From: an uncultured Cryomorphaceae bacterium
GTDB taxonomy: Bacteria; Bacteroidota; Bacteroidia; Flavobacteriales_D; SKUL01
DNA: 64,000 nucleotides
Assembly (NCBI GenBank): GCA_964487545.1
Contig: CAZARI010000007.1
Location: 19,634 to 83,633, forward strand
Reading direction: 5' to 3'
The position numbers and the translations under genes were made by a program. How positions within the stretch are numbered: position 1 is the stretch's first letter; the number at the start of each line of letters is the position of its first letter. The notes beneath the pieces were generated by a model. The model saw nothing but the letters and a program-made list of their open reading frames with translations, ran no database searches and had not been told where the DNA came from. Shown here in pieces: positions 1-9,868 of the stretch.

Positions 1-804
1 AATCTCTGAATGGTTGGCTTTGCTGCCGATGGTGTTAATTTCGCGTCCGATTTCCTGACAAATAAAACCGAGTTTTTTTCCCTGTCCAGGCTCACCATCA
101 AGCACTTCCAAAAAGAATACACAATGTCCTTGAAGTCGAACCAGCTCTTCGGTGATGTCGAGTTTTTCCAGATAATAAATCAACTCCTGTTCGTAGCGGT
201 TTTCATCGGCCATTTCGTGGTCGCTGAGTTGTTTCAGAGCCTCGGCCAGCTTCTCGCGAACTCGGATAGTGCGGTCTCCGGCGCGTTCTGCAATTTTATT
301 TTTGAGTTGTTCTATGGTATCGATGCGCTGCCGCAAATCTTTTTCGAGATAACTTCCTTCCTGATTTCTGAACTCTTCGAGCTGTTGAATGGCATCGGCG
401 AGAACCTGTTGAGCGACGGCCCATTCTTCATCCGTGAGCTCGGCCTTTTCTGAACTGAAGATATCGGGCATCCTCAAAATCAGCGAAAAATAATCTGCCG
501 GCTCGGTACCGATGGCATCGGCCAGTGATTTGAGCTGCGCGTAATACTGCTTTCCAAGGCTCACATTAATTTCGGTGCGTTTTTCTTCTTCGGCCGATTC
601 GTAAAACAGGGTGAGATCTACTTTTCCACGGACGATTTTTTCTGAAATCATGCTCCGAATTTCGGCTTCTTTTTCGCGGTAGAGCGATGCGACTTTGATT
701 GATGCATCGAGTCCTTTACTGTTAAGTGATTTTATTTCTGCAACAATCTTTTTCGATCCGAAATCAGCCGAAGCTCTTCCGTAACCTGTCATGGAATTGA
801 TCAT
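1..804 (-). CDS. yicC: YicC/YloC family endoribonuclease (3' end runs off the window)
   Basis: Manual translation from ATG at 804 gives MINSMTGYGRAS...EIKSLNSKGLD and later EQELIYYLEKLDITEELVRL and GKKLGFICQEIGREINTIGSKAN, typical of YicC. The frame is open to base 1 and is absent from the ORF track. Confidence 0.9.
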   Translation of the reverse strand, partial: MINSMTGYGRASADFGSKKIVAEIKSLNSKGLDASIKVASLYREKEAEIRSMISEKIVRGKVDLTLFYESAEEEKRTEINVSLGKQYYAQLKSLADAIGTEPADYFSLILRMPDIFSSEKAELTDEEWAVAQQVLADAIQQLEEFRNQEGSYLEKDLRQRIDTIEQLKNKIAERAGDRTIRVREKLAEALKQLSDHEMADENRYEQELIYYLEKLDITEELVRLQGHCVFFLEVLDGEPGQGKKLGFICQEIGREINTIGSKANHSEI

Positions 805-891
805 ACCTCTGTAATTTGGGTAAAAATAGGAAATTCACAACGTGCACGTCCATTGCCATTGGTGAATTGCACCATACAAAGTCAGCTATTC

Positions 892-1830
892 TTATGGTTG
901 GCGACTTTTCTCACGGGCTTTGTCAAGGCCAGGTTTGCTCACCAGATATACGCCCAGAAAAATCAGCAAACTGCTCAACACCTTAGAGATGGTGATTCCT
1001 CCAGTAAAATCAACATCAGCCCAGCCCAGCCATACAAAAGCCGACGCGGATACAGCGGCCATGGCAGGCTGAAAATAGGTATAACTACTCACCACATTGG
1101 CGCTGACAATTCTAATGGCGTATATGCTCATGAGATAGGCGAGAAAAGTAGTACCAACAACAACAAATACCACAGAAATATAATCTCCGGTGCTAAAGGC
1201 CGGCCAGTTGATTTCGCGAAATTCTGTCCAGCCAAAAGGAAGCACAAAGAAAATTCCGAATAGAAAAACCCAGCTACTGACCGTCACAGCGTTATACTTT
1301 TTCATGAGCGGTTTCACCATGACGAGAAAAACGGCATATAGCGCGGCGTTGACCAGGATCATGATATCTCCCCGCCAATCGCCGGAAACTGCGGAACCGT
1401 CGGCGCTGGAAGCAATTAGCCACACCGCTCCGATAGCACCGGCAATGATACCGCTCAGTCTAATTCCCGAGATGCGTTCTTTAAGAAAAACTGCGGCGAG
1501 TACCAGCACCAGAATGGGGTTGGCCGTCATAATAATCGAAGCGTTGATCGGCGAAGTGAGGTTGAGCCCATGGAAAAACATAAGCTGATTTCCGGCAACG
1601 CCAAAAAAACTGCAAATGGCCAGCAACAGCAGATCCTTCGGTGCTACTTTTTCAAACTTACGCGTTAGCATGAGTAGCCAAAACAAGACGGAAGCTCCGG
1701 CCACCCGCAAAAAAATAAATCCGCTGGGCTGAATGAGGTCTGGCATCAGCCCTTTTGCCACCATGTAGTTGACTCCGTAGATCAAATTAACCACCAAAAG
1801 GGCAAGGTGAGCACGAAGTAAAGCAGACAT
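892..1830 (-). CDS. EamA/DMT family transporter
   Basis: 312 aa, about 10 hydrophobic helices in two repeated halves, with EamA-like motifs (GLNLTSPINASII, YTYFQP). Confidence 0.85.
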   Translation of the reverse strand: MSALLRAHLALLVVNLIYGVNYMVAKGLMPDLIQPSGFIFLRVAGASVLFWLLMLTRKFEKVAPKDLLLLAICSFFGVAGNQLMFFHGLNLTSPINASIIMTANPILVLVLAAVFLKERISGIRLSGIIAGAIGAVWLIASSADGSAVSGDWRGDIMILVNAALYAVFLVMVKPLMKKYNAVTVSSWVFLFGIFFVLPFGWTEFREINWPAFSTGDYISVVFVVVGTTFLAYLMSIYAIRIVSANVVSSYTYFQPAMAAVSASAFVWLGWADVDFTGGITISKVLSSLLIFLGVYLVSKPGLDKAREKSRQP

Positions 1831-1836
1831 CAGATG

Positions 1837-3051
1837 TTAATACAAAAAGTTGTCGAAGGGAAAACGCTTAGCGTGAATTTCTTTTACCAACTCATACAGT
1901 CGATCGCGCAATTGATCGATATTGGTTTTCTGCTCGGCCGAAATAAAAATGGCATTTTGCTTATCCGCACTGCCCATCCAGGTTTTTTTCAGGTCGTCGA
2001 GCGAATAATTGTCGCGGGTTTTGGGCGTCAGATCGTCTTCATCTTTCTCTTCAAATCGAAACGCATCAATCTTGTTAAACACAATCAACGTGGGTTTCTC
2101 CAAACAGCCAATGTCGCTCAATGTCTGGTTAACAATATCGATTTGCTCTTCGAAATTGGGATGAGAAATATCCACCACGTGCACCAAAATATCGGCTTCG
2201 CGCACTTCGTCGAGCGTCGATTTAAAAGACTCTACCAACTGGTGCGGTAATTTGCGGATAAATCCAACGGTGTCGGTTACCAGGCAAGGCACGTTGTGCA
2301 GTACCACCTTTCGCACCGTGGTATCGAGGGTAGCAAAAAGTTTGTTTTCAGCAAAAACCTCCGACTTGCTGAGAATATTCATCAGCGTAGATTTTCCAAC
2401 ATTGGTATAGCCTACCAATGCAATCCGAACCAATTGCCCGCGATTGCTACGCTGGGTGGCCATCTGTTTATCAATCTTTTCGAGTCGTTTTTTGAGCAGT
2501 GCAATTTTATCGAGGATGATCCGGCGGTCGGTTTCTATTTGCGATTCTCCCGGACCGCGCATTCCGATACCTCCCTGCTGCCGTTCAAGGTGGGTCCACA
2601 TACGGGTGAGTCGCGGCAATAGATACTGATACTGCGCTAGTTCTACCTGCGTTTTGGCGTGAGCCGTGCGTGCTCTGCTGGCAAAGATATCGAGGATGAG
2701 GTTGCTTCGATCGAGCACTTTCACTTTAGGCTCAAGTCCCGGGTTTAATTCGCGCTCCACGTTGCGCAACTGCGAGGGTGATAATTCATCATCGAAAATC
2801 ACCATGTCAATGTCGTTATCTTCGACATAGGCCACGATTTCTGCAAGTTTTCCCGACCCGACAAAAGATCGTGGATTGGGTGTGTCGAGCTTTTGTGAAA
2901 ACCGCTGCGCTGTAATTGCGCCGGCTGTTTCAGCTAAAAAAGCCAGTTCGTCGAGGTATTCCTTAAGCTGATCTTCTGTTTGTGCGGGTGTAATCAAACC
3001 CACCAATACCGCTTTTTCAGCTTCTATAGCTGTTGAGAAATTTTCTGCCAT
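1837..3051 (-). CDS. hflX: Ribosome rescue GTPase HflX
   Basis: HflX N-terminal domain, GGIGMRGPGESQIE, G1 GYTNVGKS, LFATLD, G3 DTVG, G4 NKID. Confidence 0.96.
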   Translation of the reverse strand: MAENFSTAIEAEKAVLVGLITPAQTEDQLKEYLDELAFLAETAGAITAQRFSQKLDTPNPRSFVGSGKLAEIVAYVEDNDIDMVIFDDELSPSQLRNVERELNPGLEPKVKVLDRSNLILDIFASRARTAHAKTQVELAQYQYLLPRLTRMWTHLERQQGGIGMRGPGESQIETDRRIILDKIALLKKRLEKIDKQMATQRSNRGQLVRIALVGYTNVGKSTLMNILSKSEVFAENKLFATLDTTVRKVVLHNVPCLVTDTVGFIRKLPHQLVESFKSTLDEVREADILVHVVDISHPNFEEQIDIVNQTLSDIGCLEKPTLIVFNKIDAFRFEEKDEDDLTPKTRDNYSLDDLKKTWMGSADKQNAIFISAEQKTNIDQLRDRLYELVKEIHAKRFPFDNFLY

Positions 3052-3097
3052 AGAATGTTAATGTCCGCCTGTGAGATTTTGTTTACTGTCGTTCGGA

Positions 3098-3553
3098 TTA
3101 AAACCAGCCGCGCCCCATACCGGCATCTCTAAACGGCCACGGAATGGAAACAAGTATCAGCAGCAGCGCGATACCAAAAAATATCGCCACTGTTTTGTAC
3201 TTACCCTCGTTGCTTTCGATACGTTTAGAACGGGCGCTGGCCACGGTGATCAGCACAATGGCGATGAGCATGCCCAAGGTGTGTTCCACCACAAAAAACC
3301 GGGTGATGGACTGACTCATCACTCTGGCCATATCCGAAAAATGAGTTGCCCAGCCGTTCATGAAATAAAGGAGCAATCCCAATAGCAATTGAATGTGGGC
3401 CGTTAGCACCGTATAGGTGACCAGTTTTTTATGTCCCTTGGTATAATCTCTTTTTTCTTTCCAACCGATGAAAGAAGCAATAACCACATAAACGAGTAGG
3501 GCCAGAACCAACCATCGAAGTGCTGAATGTAGGTGAAGAATTCCTGTTGCCAT
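3098..3553 (-). CDS. Conserved Bacteroidota 4-TM membrane protein (often labelled cytochrome b-like)
   Basis: Four hydrophobic segments with His residues (HSALRW, HIQLLLG, EHTLGM) and C-terminal IPWP. Confidence 0.7.
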   Translation of the reverse strand: MATGILHLHSALRWLVLALLVYVVIASFIGWKEKRDYTKGHKKLVTYTVLTAHIQLLLGLLLYFMNGWATHFSDMARVMSQSITRFFVVEHTLGMLIAIVLITVASARSKRIESNEGKYKTVAIFFGIALLLILVSIPWPFRDAGMGRGWF

Positions 3554-3571
3554 ATTGTTTTAAATTTGGTA

Positions 3572-3579
3572 CAAATGTA
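3572..3579 (-). promoter_or_regulatory. Bacteroidota housekeeping promoter -7 box (TACATTTG)
   Basis: Exact TAnnTTTG match on the minus strand, 18 nt upstream of the ATG at 3553. Confidence 0.55.
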
Positions 3580-3734
3580 CTCAACAATCCTTTAGCTGAA
3601 ACACAGCTATATTAGCAGCGATATTGGCAGGAGTCGGTATTCGGACGATTTGAAATACGGTTCAATTTTGTAACTTTATTGCTTTACAGCATTTTTTTGA
3701 GTCGGTTCGTGAATCAGAAACTTATCGGACAAAG

Positions 3735-4004
3735 ATGCGTAAGCAAGCAGGAAACAAAGAAACCATGACATTACCTGATTTGAAATCGCTTTCTCAGAAG
3801 GAGCTGAGAAGGCTTAAGAAATTCAATAAATTTTCCTTTCACAGCAGCATGATTGCGAGTATGATTTTCCTTGGGCGAGCCTTTAGCGAAATCAATCCGC
3901 TAATTTTAATGCTCGCCTTTGGCTGCATTATTTCTGCCTACACTTTTAACTCCAACATGCGAACGATCGAGTCGTTAAAAAAGCAGCCCGTATCTAGAAA
4001 TTAA
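3735..4004 (+). CDS. Small hypothetical membrane protein (start may be 3765)
   Basis: 89-aa ORF filling the gap before the convergent lysS, with two hydrophobic segments. No family recognised. Confidence 0.5.
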   Translation: MRKQAGNKETMTLPDLKSLSQKELRRLKKFNKFSFHSSMIASMIFLGRAFSEINPLILMLAFGCIISAYTFNSNMRTIESLKKQPVSRN

Positions 4005-5713
4005 TCCGCCAGCCAGCGCTCCACCTCATGGAGTTGTAGCGCCGGAATTTCCAATTTATTCTTTTTGCGGTAGCCGTTCATTTTTTGATGAATGGCTGTT
4101 GACTTGGTGCTTTTTAGCTTTTCTACCGAATCGAAACCGGCCGCTTCCAGGTGAGGAATCCACTGCTCATCAATGCCCAACATTTTAAAGTCATTAGACG
4201 CATCTGCGCGCACAAACTTTTCGGGACGCATTTGGGGAAAAAACAGCACTTCCTGAATGGAGGTTTGTCCGGTCATCATCATCACGAGCCGGTCCATACC
4301 AATTCCCATTCCGGCTGTTGGGGGCATACCATACTCCAGTGCACGCAAAAAGTCGTGATCGATAAACATGGCTTCGTCGTCGCCGCGTTCCTGTAATTTT
4401 AACTGTGTCTCCAGTCGCTCATGTTGATCAATGGGGTCGTTTAACTCGGAATAGGCGTTGGCGATTTCTGTTTTATTAACAATGAGCTCAAAGCGCTCAG
4501 TGAGTTCGGGATTGGTGCGGTGGCGTTTGCACAGTGGCGACATCTCAATCGGATAATCGGTAATAAACGTGGGCTGAATAAGCTTCGGTTCGCAATACTC
4601 ACCAAATATTTCATCAATCATCTTTCCCTTGCCCATGGAGTCATCCACTTCGATATTCAGTTTTTTGCACACCGAGCGGATTTCCACTTCGTTCATTCCG
4701 CTGATATCGACACCCGCATATTCTTTAATGGCCTGGAGCATTGGCAGACGACGAAACGGAGGGTTAAAATCAATTTCGGTATTTCCGATTTTAACCTTGG
4801 TCGTGCCGTGTACACCCTGCACCACATGTTCGATCATTTTTTCGGTAAAATCCATCATCCAGTTGTAGTCTTTATAGGCTACATAAATCTCCATGATGGT
4901 AAATTCTGGGTTGTGCGTTCGGTCCATTCCCTCGTTGCGGAAGTTTCGCGAAAACTCATACACACCGTCATATCCTCCAACAATCAGTCTTTTTAAGTAA
5001 AGCTCGTTGGCAATCCGCAAGTAGAGCGGAATATCGAGTGCGTTGTGATGGGTAACAAAAGGACGCGCCTGTGCCCCGCCAGGAATGGGTTGCAACACCG
5101 GCGTTTCTACCTCAACATATCCGGCATCGTCAAAATAGTTGCGCATCAGTGAAAAAACCTTTGAGCGTGTTTGGAAAATTTTTCGAACCTGAGGATTGAC
5201 AATCAAATCAACATAGCGCTGGCGGTATCGCATTTCAGGATCGGTAAAGGCATCGTGTATATTTCCTTCGGCATCGCTCTTCACTACTGGCAGGGGCTTT
5301 AAGGCCTTGCTGATGAGCCTCAATTGCTCAACATGCACAGTGGTTTCGCCCACCTGCGTTTTAAACAAATAACCTTCGATGGCCACAAAGTCTCCGTAGT
5401 CGAGAAGTTTCTTGAACACTTCGTTATAACCAGATTTATCTTCTTCAGGACACAGGTCATCGCGCGTAATGTAAATCTGGATTTCGCCTGTGCTGTCGCG
5501 GAGCTGCGCAAAAGAAGCTTTACCCATAATGCGACGGCTCATCAGTCGACCGGCCATTTTCACTTTTTTTCCCTCTTCGTAATTCGCTTTGCAATCGGAA
5601 GAGTACGAGTCAACTTCAACCAGCTCGGCCGGGTAGGCATCAATTCCACGTGCTCTTAACTCGGCGAGGGCATCCCGGCGAAATCTTTCTTGTTCTGATA
5701 ATTGTCGGGTCAT
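4001..5713 (-). CDS. lysS: Lysine--tRNA ligase (class II) with a C-terminal DUF4332-like extension
   Basis: OB-fold (GRLMSRRIMGKASF), motif 2 FRNEGMDRTHNPEF, motif 3 GMPPTAGMGIGMDRL. Likely start MTRQLSEQ at 5713; the longer upstream extension in the track is not LysS-like. Confidence 0.96.
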   Translation of the reverse strand: MTRQLSEQERFRRDALAELRARGIDAYPAELVEVDSYSSDCKANYEEGKKVKMAGRLMSRRIMGKASFAQLRDSTGEIQIYITRDDLCPEEDKSGYNEVFKKLLDYGDFVAIEGYLFKTQVGETTVHVEQLRLISKALKPLPVVKSDAEGNIHDAFTDPEMRYRQRYVDLIVNPQVRKIFQTRSKVFSLMRNYFDDAGYVEVETPVLQPIPGGAQARPFVTHHNALDIPLYLRIANELYLKRLIVGGYDGVYEFSRNFRNEGMDRTHNPEFTIMEIYVAYKDYNWMMDFTEKMIEHVVQGVHGTTKVKIGNTEIDFNPPFRRLPMLQAIKEYAGVDISGMNEVEIRSVCKKLNIEVDDSMGKGKMIDEIFGEYCEPKLIQPTFITDYPIEMSPLCKRHRTNPELTERFELIVNKTEIANAYSELNDPIDQHERLETQLKLQERGDDEAMFIDHDFLRALEYGMPPTAGMGIGMDRLVMMMTGQTSIQEVLFFPQMRPEKFVRADASNDFKMLGIDEQWIPHLEAAGFDSVEKLKSTKSTAIHQKMNGYRKKNKLEIPALQLHEVERWLAD

Positions 5714-5809
5714 TATACTGTAAATTTGCTGCAAAGATAGGAGTTGCACCCGATCGTGCTTAAGCTTGAGCTGCTTAATTTTGTAAATTAGTCCACTTAA
5801 AAAAACGCT

Positions 5810-6799
5810 ATGTTCAAAGAAATGGAAAAACTTATCTCCGGATTTCCGGAGGACATCAAACAAAGTATAACGGAACACCGCAATTTGGGAAAACCCAACC
5901 TTAAACCCTTTAATAAAATCCTCATCACCGGATTGGGTGGCTCGGGTATCGGCGGGTCAATGGTTGCCGAAGCACTGGTGTCAACTGCAAAAATGCCGAT
6001 TGTCGTCAACAAAGACTATTCGGTTCCAGCTTGGGTTGATGAGCAAACGCTGGTTATCGCTAGTTCGTATTCTGGAAATACCGAAGAAACCATTTCGGCA
6101 GCTACGCAGGCCAAAAAGCAGGGAGCACAATTGGCGGCAATCACCTCGGGTGGCCAATTACTGAAAATGGCTGAAGCGGATTCCTTTCCCGTTGTTCATC
6201 TACCCGAAGGTTATCCGCCAAGGGCGGCATTTGGTCACAGTTCGGTGGCACTGTTTGCGTTTCTTGGCGCTTGTGAGGTTGCCCCGTGGAATGCCAATGA
6301 GTTTTTAAAAATGGCCGATCACCTAACCGACAAGCAAGATGATTGCCGCCGCATTGGAAAAGAAATTGCAAAGAAAATTGATGGCCGCATTCCGGTTTTG
6401 TATGCCGCCGAAGGGTTGGGGGCTGTTGCGGTAAGATGGCGCCAACAAATCAACGAAAACGGCAAAAGCCTGTGTTGGCACCACATCGTTCCGGAAATGA
6501 ACCACAACGAATTGGTGGGCTGGGCTGGTGGCGACAACCGATTGGCGGTAATCATGCTCCGCAGCAGTGATGACCACCCGCGCAGTGCACTTCGGATGGA
6601 CCTAAACCGCGACCTGATTTCAGAAAAAACCAATGTAGTAGAAGAAGTTCAGGCCGTTGGCAGCAACCAACTTGAGCGCATGTATTATTTAATTGCTGTG
6701 GGTGACTGGATGTCGCTTTACATTTCTGAAAACCGTGGAGTTGATCCGGTTGAAGTAGATGTCATTTCCCACTTAAAAAGTGAATTGGCCAAGCATTGA
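5810..6799 (+). CDS. Bifunctional phosphoglucose/phosphomannose isomerase (SIS fold)
   Basis: GLGGSGIGG, SSYSGNTEET, RWRQQINENGK and PEMNHNE motifs of the PGI/PMI family. Confidence 0.88.
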   Translation: MFKEMEKLISGFPEDIKQSITEHRNLGKPNLKPFNKILITGLGGSGIGGSMVAEALVSTAKMPIVVNKDYSVPAWVDEQTLVIASSYSGNTEETISAATQAKKQGAQLAAITSGGQLLKMAEADSFPVVHLPEGYPPRAAFGHSSVALFAFLGACEVAPWNANEFLKMADHLTDKQDDCRRIGKEIAKKIDGRIPVLYAAEGLGAVAVRWRQQINENGKSLCWHHIVPEMNHNELVGWAGGDNRLAVIMLRSSDDHPRSALRMDLNRDLISEKTNVVEEVQAVGSNQLERMYYLIAVGDWMSLYISENRGVDPVEVDVISHLKSELAKH

Positions 6800-7506
6800 A
6801 ACCACGCGTCATATTTGAAGATCTCGGCGAAATCGACTATAAAGCAGCATGGGATTATCAGGAGGAGATTTTTAAGCGAACTGTCGATCAAAAGATCTAC
6901 AACAGAACGAATCCCACGGCTGCCGTCGGAACAAAAAGCCACCTTATTTTCTGTGAGCACCCACACGTGTACACGTTGGGGAAAAGTGGAAAAATGCAGC
7001 ATTTGCTGTTGAGCGAGGAAGAACTTAAAACCCACGGCGCAAGCTACTATCCGATTAACCGTGGTGGAGACATCACGTATCACGGGCCGGGTCAAATTGT
7101 GGGCTATCCCATTCTGGATCTCGATCTGTTTTTTACCGACATGCACCGCTATTTGCGCTCGTTGGAAGAAGCGGTAATCCGAACACTGAGTGATTATGGC
7201 ATTTCAGCCTACCGGCTCGAAGGTTATACTGGCGTATGGCTTGACCCCGACAATCCCATTCGCGCGAGAAAAATCTGCGCGATGGGAGTAAAATGCAGTC
7301 GCTGGGTTACCATGCACGGTTTTGCGTTTAATGTCAACACCAACCTCAGTTACTTCGGGCATATTATTCCGTGTGGCATTGATGACAAAGCGGTGACGAG
7401 CATGGAAAAAGAGCTCGATGAGAAACAAGATATCGCTGCGGTGAAAAAAGTGTTGATGAATCATCTTTCCGATATCTTTGGTTGGGAGTGGGAATCTGAA
7501 CCTTAA
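6796..7506 (+). CDS. lipB: Lipoyl(octanoyl) transferase
   Basis: EHPHVYTLGK, NRGGDITYHGPGQ, KICAMG, HGFAFNV, IIPCGI. The TTG start overlaps the upstream stop. Confidence 0.95.
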   Translation: MKPRVIFEDLGEIDYKAAWDYQEEIFKRTVDQKIYNRTNPTAAVGTKSHLIFCEHPHVYTLGKSGKMQHLLLSEEELKTHGASYYPINRGGDITYHGPGQIVGYPILDLDLFFTDMHRYLRSLEEAVIRTLSDYGISAYRLEGYTGVWLDPDNPIRARKICAMGVKCSRWVTMHGFAFNVNTNLSYFGHIIPCGIDDKAVTSMEKELDEKQDIAAVKKVLMNHLSDIFGWEWESEP

Positions 7507-7513
7507 AACGGCT

Positions 7514-8662
7514 ATGGTGAAAAAATTGCTCATTGTATTGTTGGTCATCATTGGCTTGGGAGTAACCGCTCTATATCTATCCGGAAACCAGCACATCATT
7601 CAGGCGGTGAAAAACACCTACCTCGTTGGACAAAGCGGACCTTCGATTGACGATTTCAATCTTTTTTCTCACCGGCGGATTGCATCGGCAGAGCACACAA
7701 AGACCCTACCGATGCACAGCGAAAAAAAGCAACTGTCAAAACAAGCGCTTCGGTGGCTCGATTCCACACAAACAGCAACGTTTCTGGTTGTTTACCGCGA
7801 TTCTATTCTGGCCGAACATTATTTTCAGGATTACGTTCCGGCCTTTTTGCCCAACACCTTTTCGGTGGCCAAATCGATGGTGAGTATGTGCATTGGGGTG
7901 TTGTTGCGCGAGGGGAAAATCAATGGACTAGATGAGCCGGCATCTACATACATTGCTGAGCTGGCAGAAAAAGGATACGATAAGATAACCATTCGGCACC
8001 TGCTTCAGATGAGCTCTGGAATGGGATTTGACGAAGACTACAAAAACCCGTTTGGCTATCAGGCCAAGGTGTATTACGGCGATCAACTCAGGGCAAATAC
8101 TTTGGCCTTTGACGCAATAGACGAGCCAGGAGAAAAATGGTTCTACGCCGGGGGAAACACAGTGCTGCTGGCCTTGATTGTAGAAGCCGCAAGCGGTCAA
8201 AAACTGGCACACTACTTTGCAGAAAAAATATGGCAGCCCATCGGAGCGGAGGCTGATGCGTGGTGGACGATTGAGGACAACGGATTGGAGCGTTCGTCGT
8301 GCTGCTTTTACGCCATCACCCGCGATCTTGCGCGGCTGGGTATGCTTTATCAAAATGGTGGTAAATGGAACGGTCGCGATATCGTTTCCGAACAGTTTGT
8401 GCAGGAATCGATAACACCGGTAGCCATCCCCGACCGTTATGGAGAAACCGCGTTTCAATATGGCTACCAGTGGTGGTTGGGACAATTCAACGGTCACCAG
8501 TTTTATCAAGCGCAGGGCATGTTGGGGCAGTATATCATCGTGGTTCCCGAATTGGAATTGGTTATTGTGCGCACCGGACACCACCGCAGCATGGAGAAAC
8601 AAAATGGCTTGCCCACGGATTGTTATCAGTACATAGCCATTGCAAATAATTTATTGTCATGA
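7514..8662 (+). CDS. Serine hydrolase, beta-lactamase class C-like family
   Basis: N-terminal membrane anchor, SxxK motif (FSVAKS), LLQMSSG, ARLG and GMLGQ motifs. Confidence 0.85.
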   Translation: MVKKLLIVLLVIIGLGVTALYLSGNQHIIQAVKNTYLVGQSGPSIDDFNLFSHRRIASAEHTKTLPMHSEKKQLSKQALRWLDSTQTATFLVVYRDSILAEHYFQDYVPAFLPNTFSVAKSMVSMCIGVLLREGKINGLDEPASTYIAELAEKGYDKITIRHLLQMSSGMGFDEDYKNPFGYQAKVYYGDQLRANTLAFDAIDEPGEKWFYAGGNTVLLALIVEAASGQKLAHYFAEKIWQPIGAEADAWWTIEDNGLERSSCCFYAITRDLARLGMLYQNGGKWNGRDIVSEQFVQESITPVAIPDRYGETAFQYGYQWWLGQFNGHQFYQAQGMLGQYIIVVPELELVIVRTGHHRSMEKQNGLPTDCYQYIAIANNLLS

Positions 8663-9063
8663 TGAGCGACATCACGCCGCCCGAGGTGAGCGACATTGCC
8701 ATGGCCATTATTCCGGAAGTTACCAGTGAAAATGAAACGGAGTGGCACAGCTATCTAATCAACATGAAGCCGGTGGCCATTGAAGGCGTATTGGTCAGTT
8801 CGAGTGGATATGGATTGGTAGAAAAAGAAAAAGTAAAAACCTCGCAGTTGAGGTATTTTTTGGATGTTGTAGAAGCAGAAAGCTTTCGGAAAGTAGAACT
8901 CATTCCCGACGAGTTGCACGGCCTCACCAACCAATATTGGGTGAGCTTTTTTCTTGACGGGGTGATGTTCGATAAAAAATACCTCTTTGTACCTGACAGT
9001 ATCAAAGAAGAAAACTTAACGCAGGTGCCATTGATCAACCAAAAGGGGGTTTTGATTATTTAA
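8659..9063 (+). CDS. Conserved Bacteroidota hypothetical protein
   Basis: Operonic 134-aa ORF overlapping the upstream stop; NQYWVSFF...DKKYLF resembles a family common in this phylum. Confidence 0.7.
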   Translation: MMSDITPPEVSDIAMAIIPEVTSENETEWHSYLINMKPVAIEGVLVSSSGYGLVEKEKVKTSQLRYFLDVVEAESFRKVELIPDELHGLTNQYWVSFFLDGVMFDKKYLFVPDSIKEENLTQVPLINQKGVLII

Positions 9064-9108
9064 TTGAAATCGACATCTTTAACTCTTCAGACAACCAACT
9101 GCTAACCT

Positions 9109-9822
9109 ATGCTCTACCAAATCTCATCCGACAACATTCTCTTCATCGATATTGAAACGGTGCCGGTTCACTATCGGTTCGAAGAGTTGAATCCGGAAAT
9201 GCAACAGCTCTGGGATGAAAAAACCCGTTTTTTTCAGCAACGTGAAGAAACCGATGCTGCCGGCGTTTATCAACGATCGGGGGTGTATGCCGAATTTGCC
9301 AAAGTGATTTGCATTTCGCTCGGATATGTTCACCACACCAGTCACCGTGTGCTTCGAATCACCACCTTTTCATCTGATAACGAACAGGAACTACTCGAAT
9401 CATTTTGCAGCCTCATCAACAGTCGTTTCTCGTCTAATTATTATTTGTGCGGACACAACATCAAAGAATTTGACATTCCGTTTTTGTGCCGGCGAATGCT
9501 CATCAACGGAATCAAACTGCCCAACATGTTGAACCTTGCTGGCAAAAAACCGTGGGACATCAAGCACTTAGACACCATGGAACTCTGGAAATTTGGCGAT
9601 TATAAGCACTACACTTCGCTAAACCTGCTCGCACATGTCTTTGGCATTCCTTCGCCAAAAGACGATATCAGCGGTGCCGATGTTGCACGGGTATATTACG
9701 AAGATCAAGATCTCGAAAAAATAGTGCGTTATTGCGAAAAAGATGTCGTAGCCGTTGCCCAACTCCTTTTCAGAATGAAGGGCGAACCGCTAATTGATGA
9801 TAAAAACATCGTTGTTGTTTGA
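9109..9822 (+). CDS. 3'-5' exonuclease, PolB proofreading-like (DEDD)
   Basis: ExoI DIET, ExoII GHNIKEFDIPFL, ExoIII YCEKDV. Confidence 0.88.
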   Translation: MLYQISSDNILFIDIETVPVHYRFEELNPEMQQLWDEKTRFFQQREETDAAGVYQRSGVYAEFAKVICISLGYVHHTSHRVLRITTFSSDNEQELLESFCSLINSRFSSNYYLCGHNIKEFDIPFLCRRMLINGIKLPNMLNLAGKKPWDIKHLDTMELWKFGDYKHYTSLNLLAHVFGIPSPKDDISGADVARVYYEDQDLEKIVRYCEKDVVAVAQLLFRMKGEPLIDDKNIVVV

Positions 9823-9868
9823 CGGCTTGCACCGCTTTTCTAACTTTAGCCACTTTCTTGTTTTCACC

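Noticed and set aside
10-453. Plus-strand ORF 10..453 and the many other 60-220 aa ORFs antisense to or nested in recognised genes
   Set aside because: They are shadows of genuine genes on the other strand or frame (yicC in this case) and have no motifs.
5714-5878. N-terminal extension of LysS given by the ORF track (similar extensions at 24654..25817, 36344, 30254 and 56977..58641)
   Set aside because: The extensions overlap divergent genes or promoter boxes and lack family similarity. Downstream ATGs give canonical N-termini or signal peptides.
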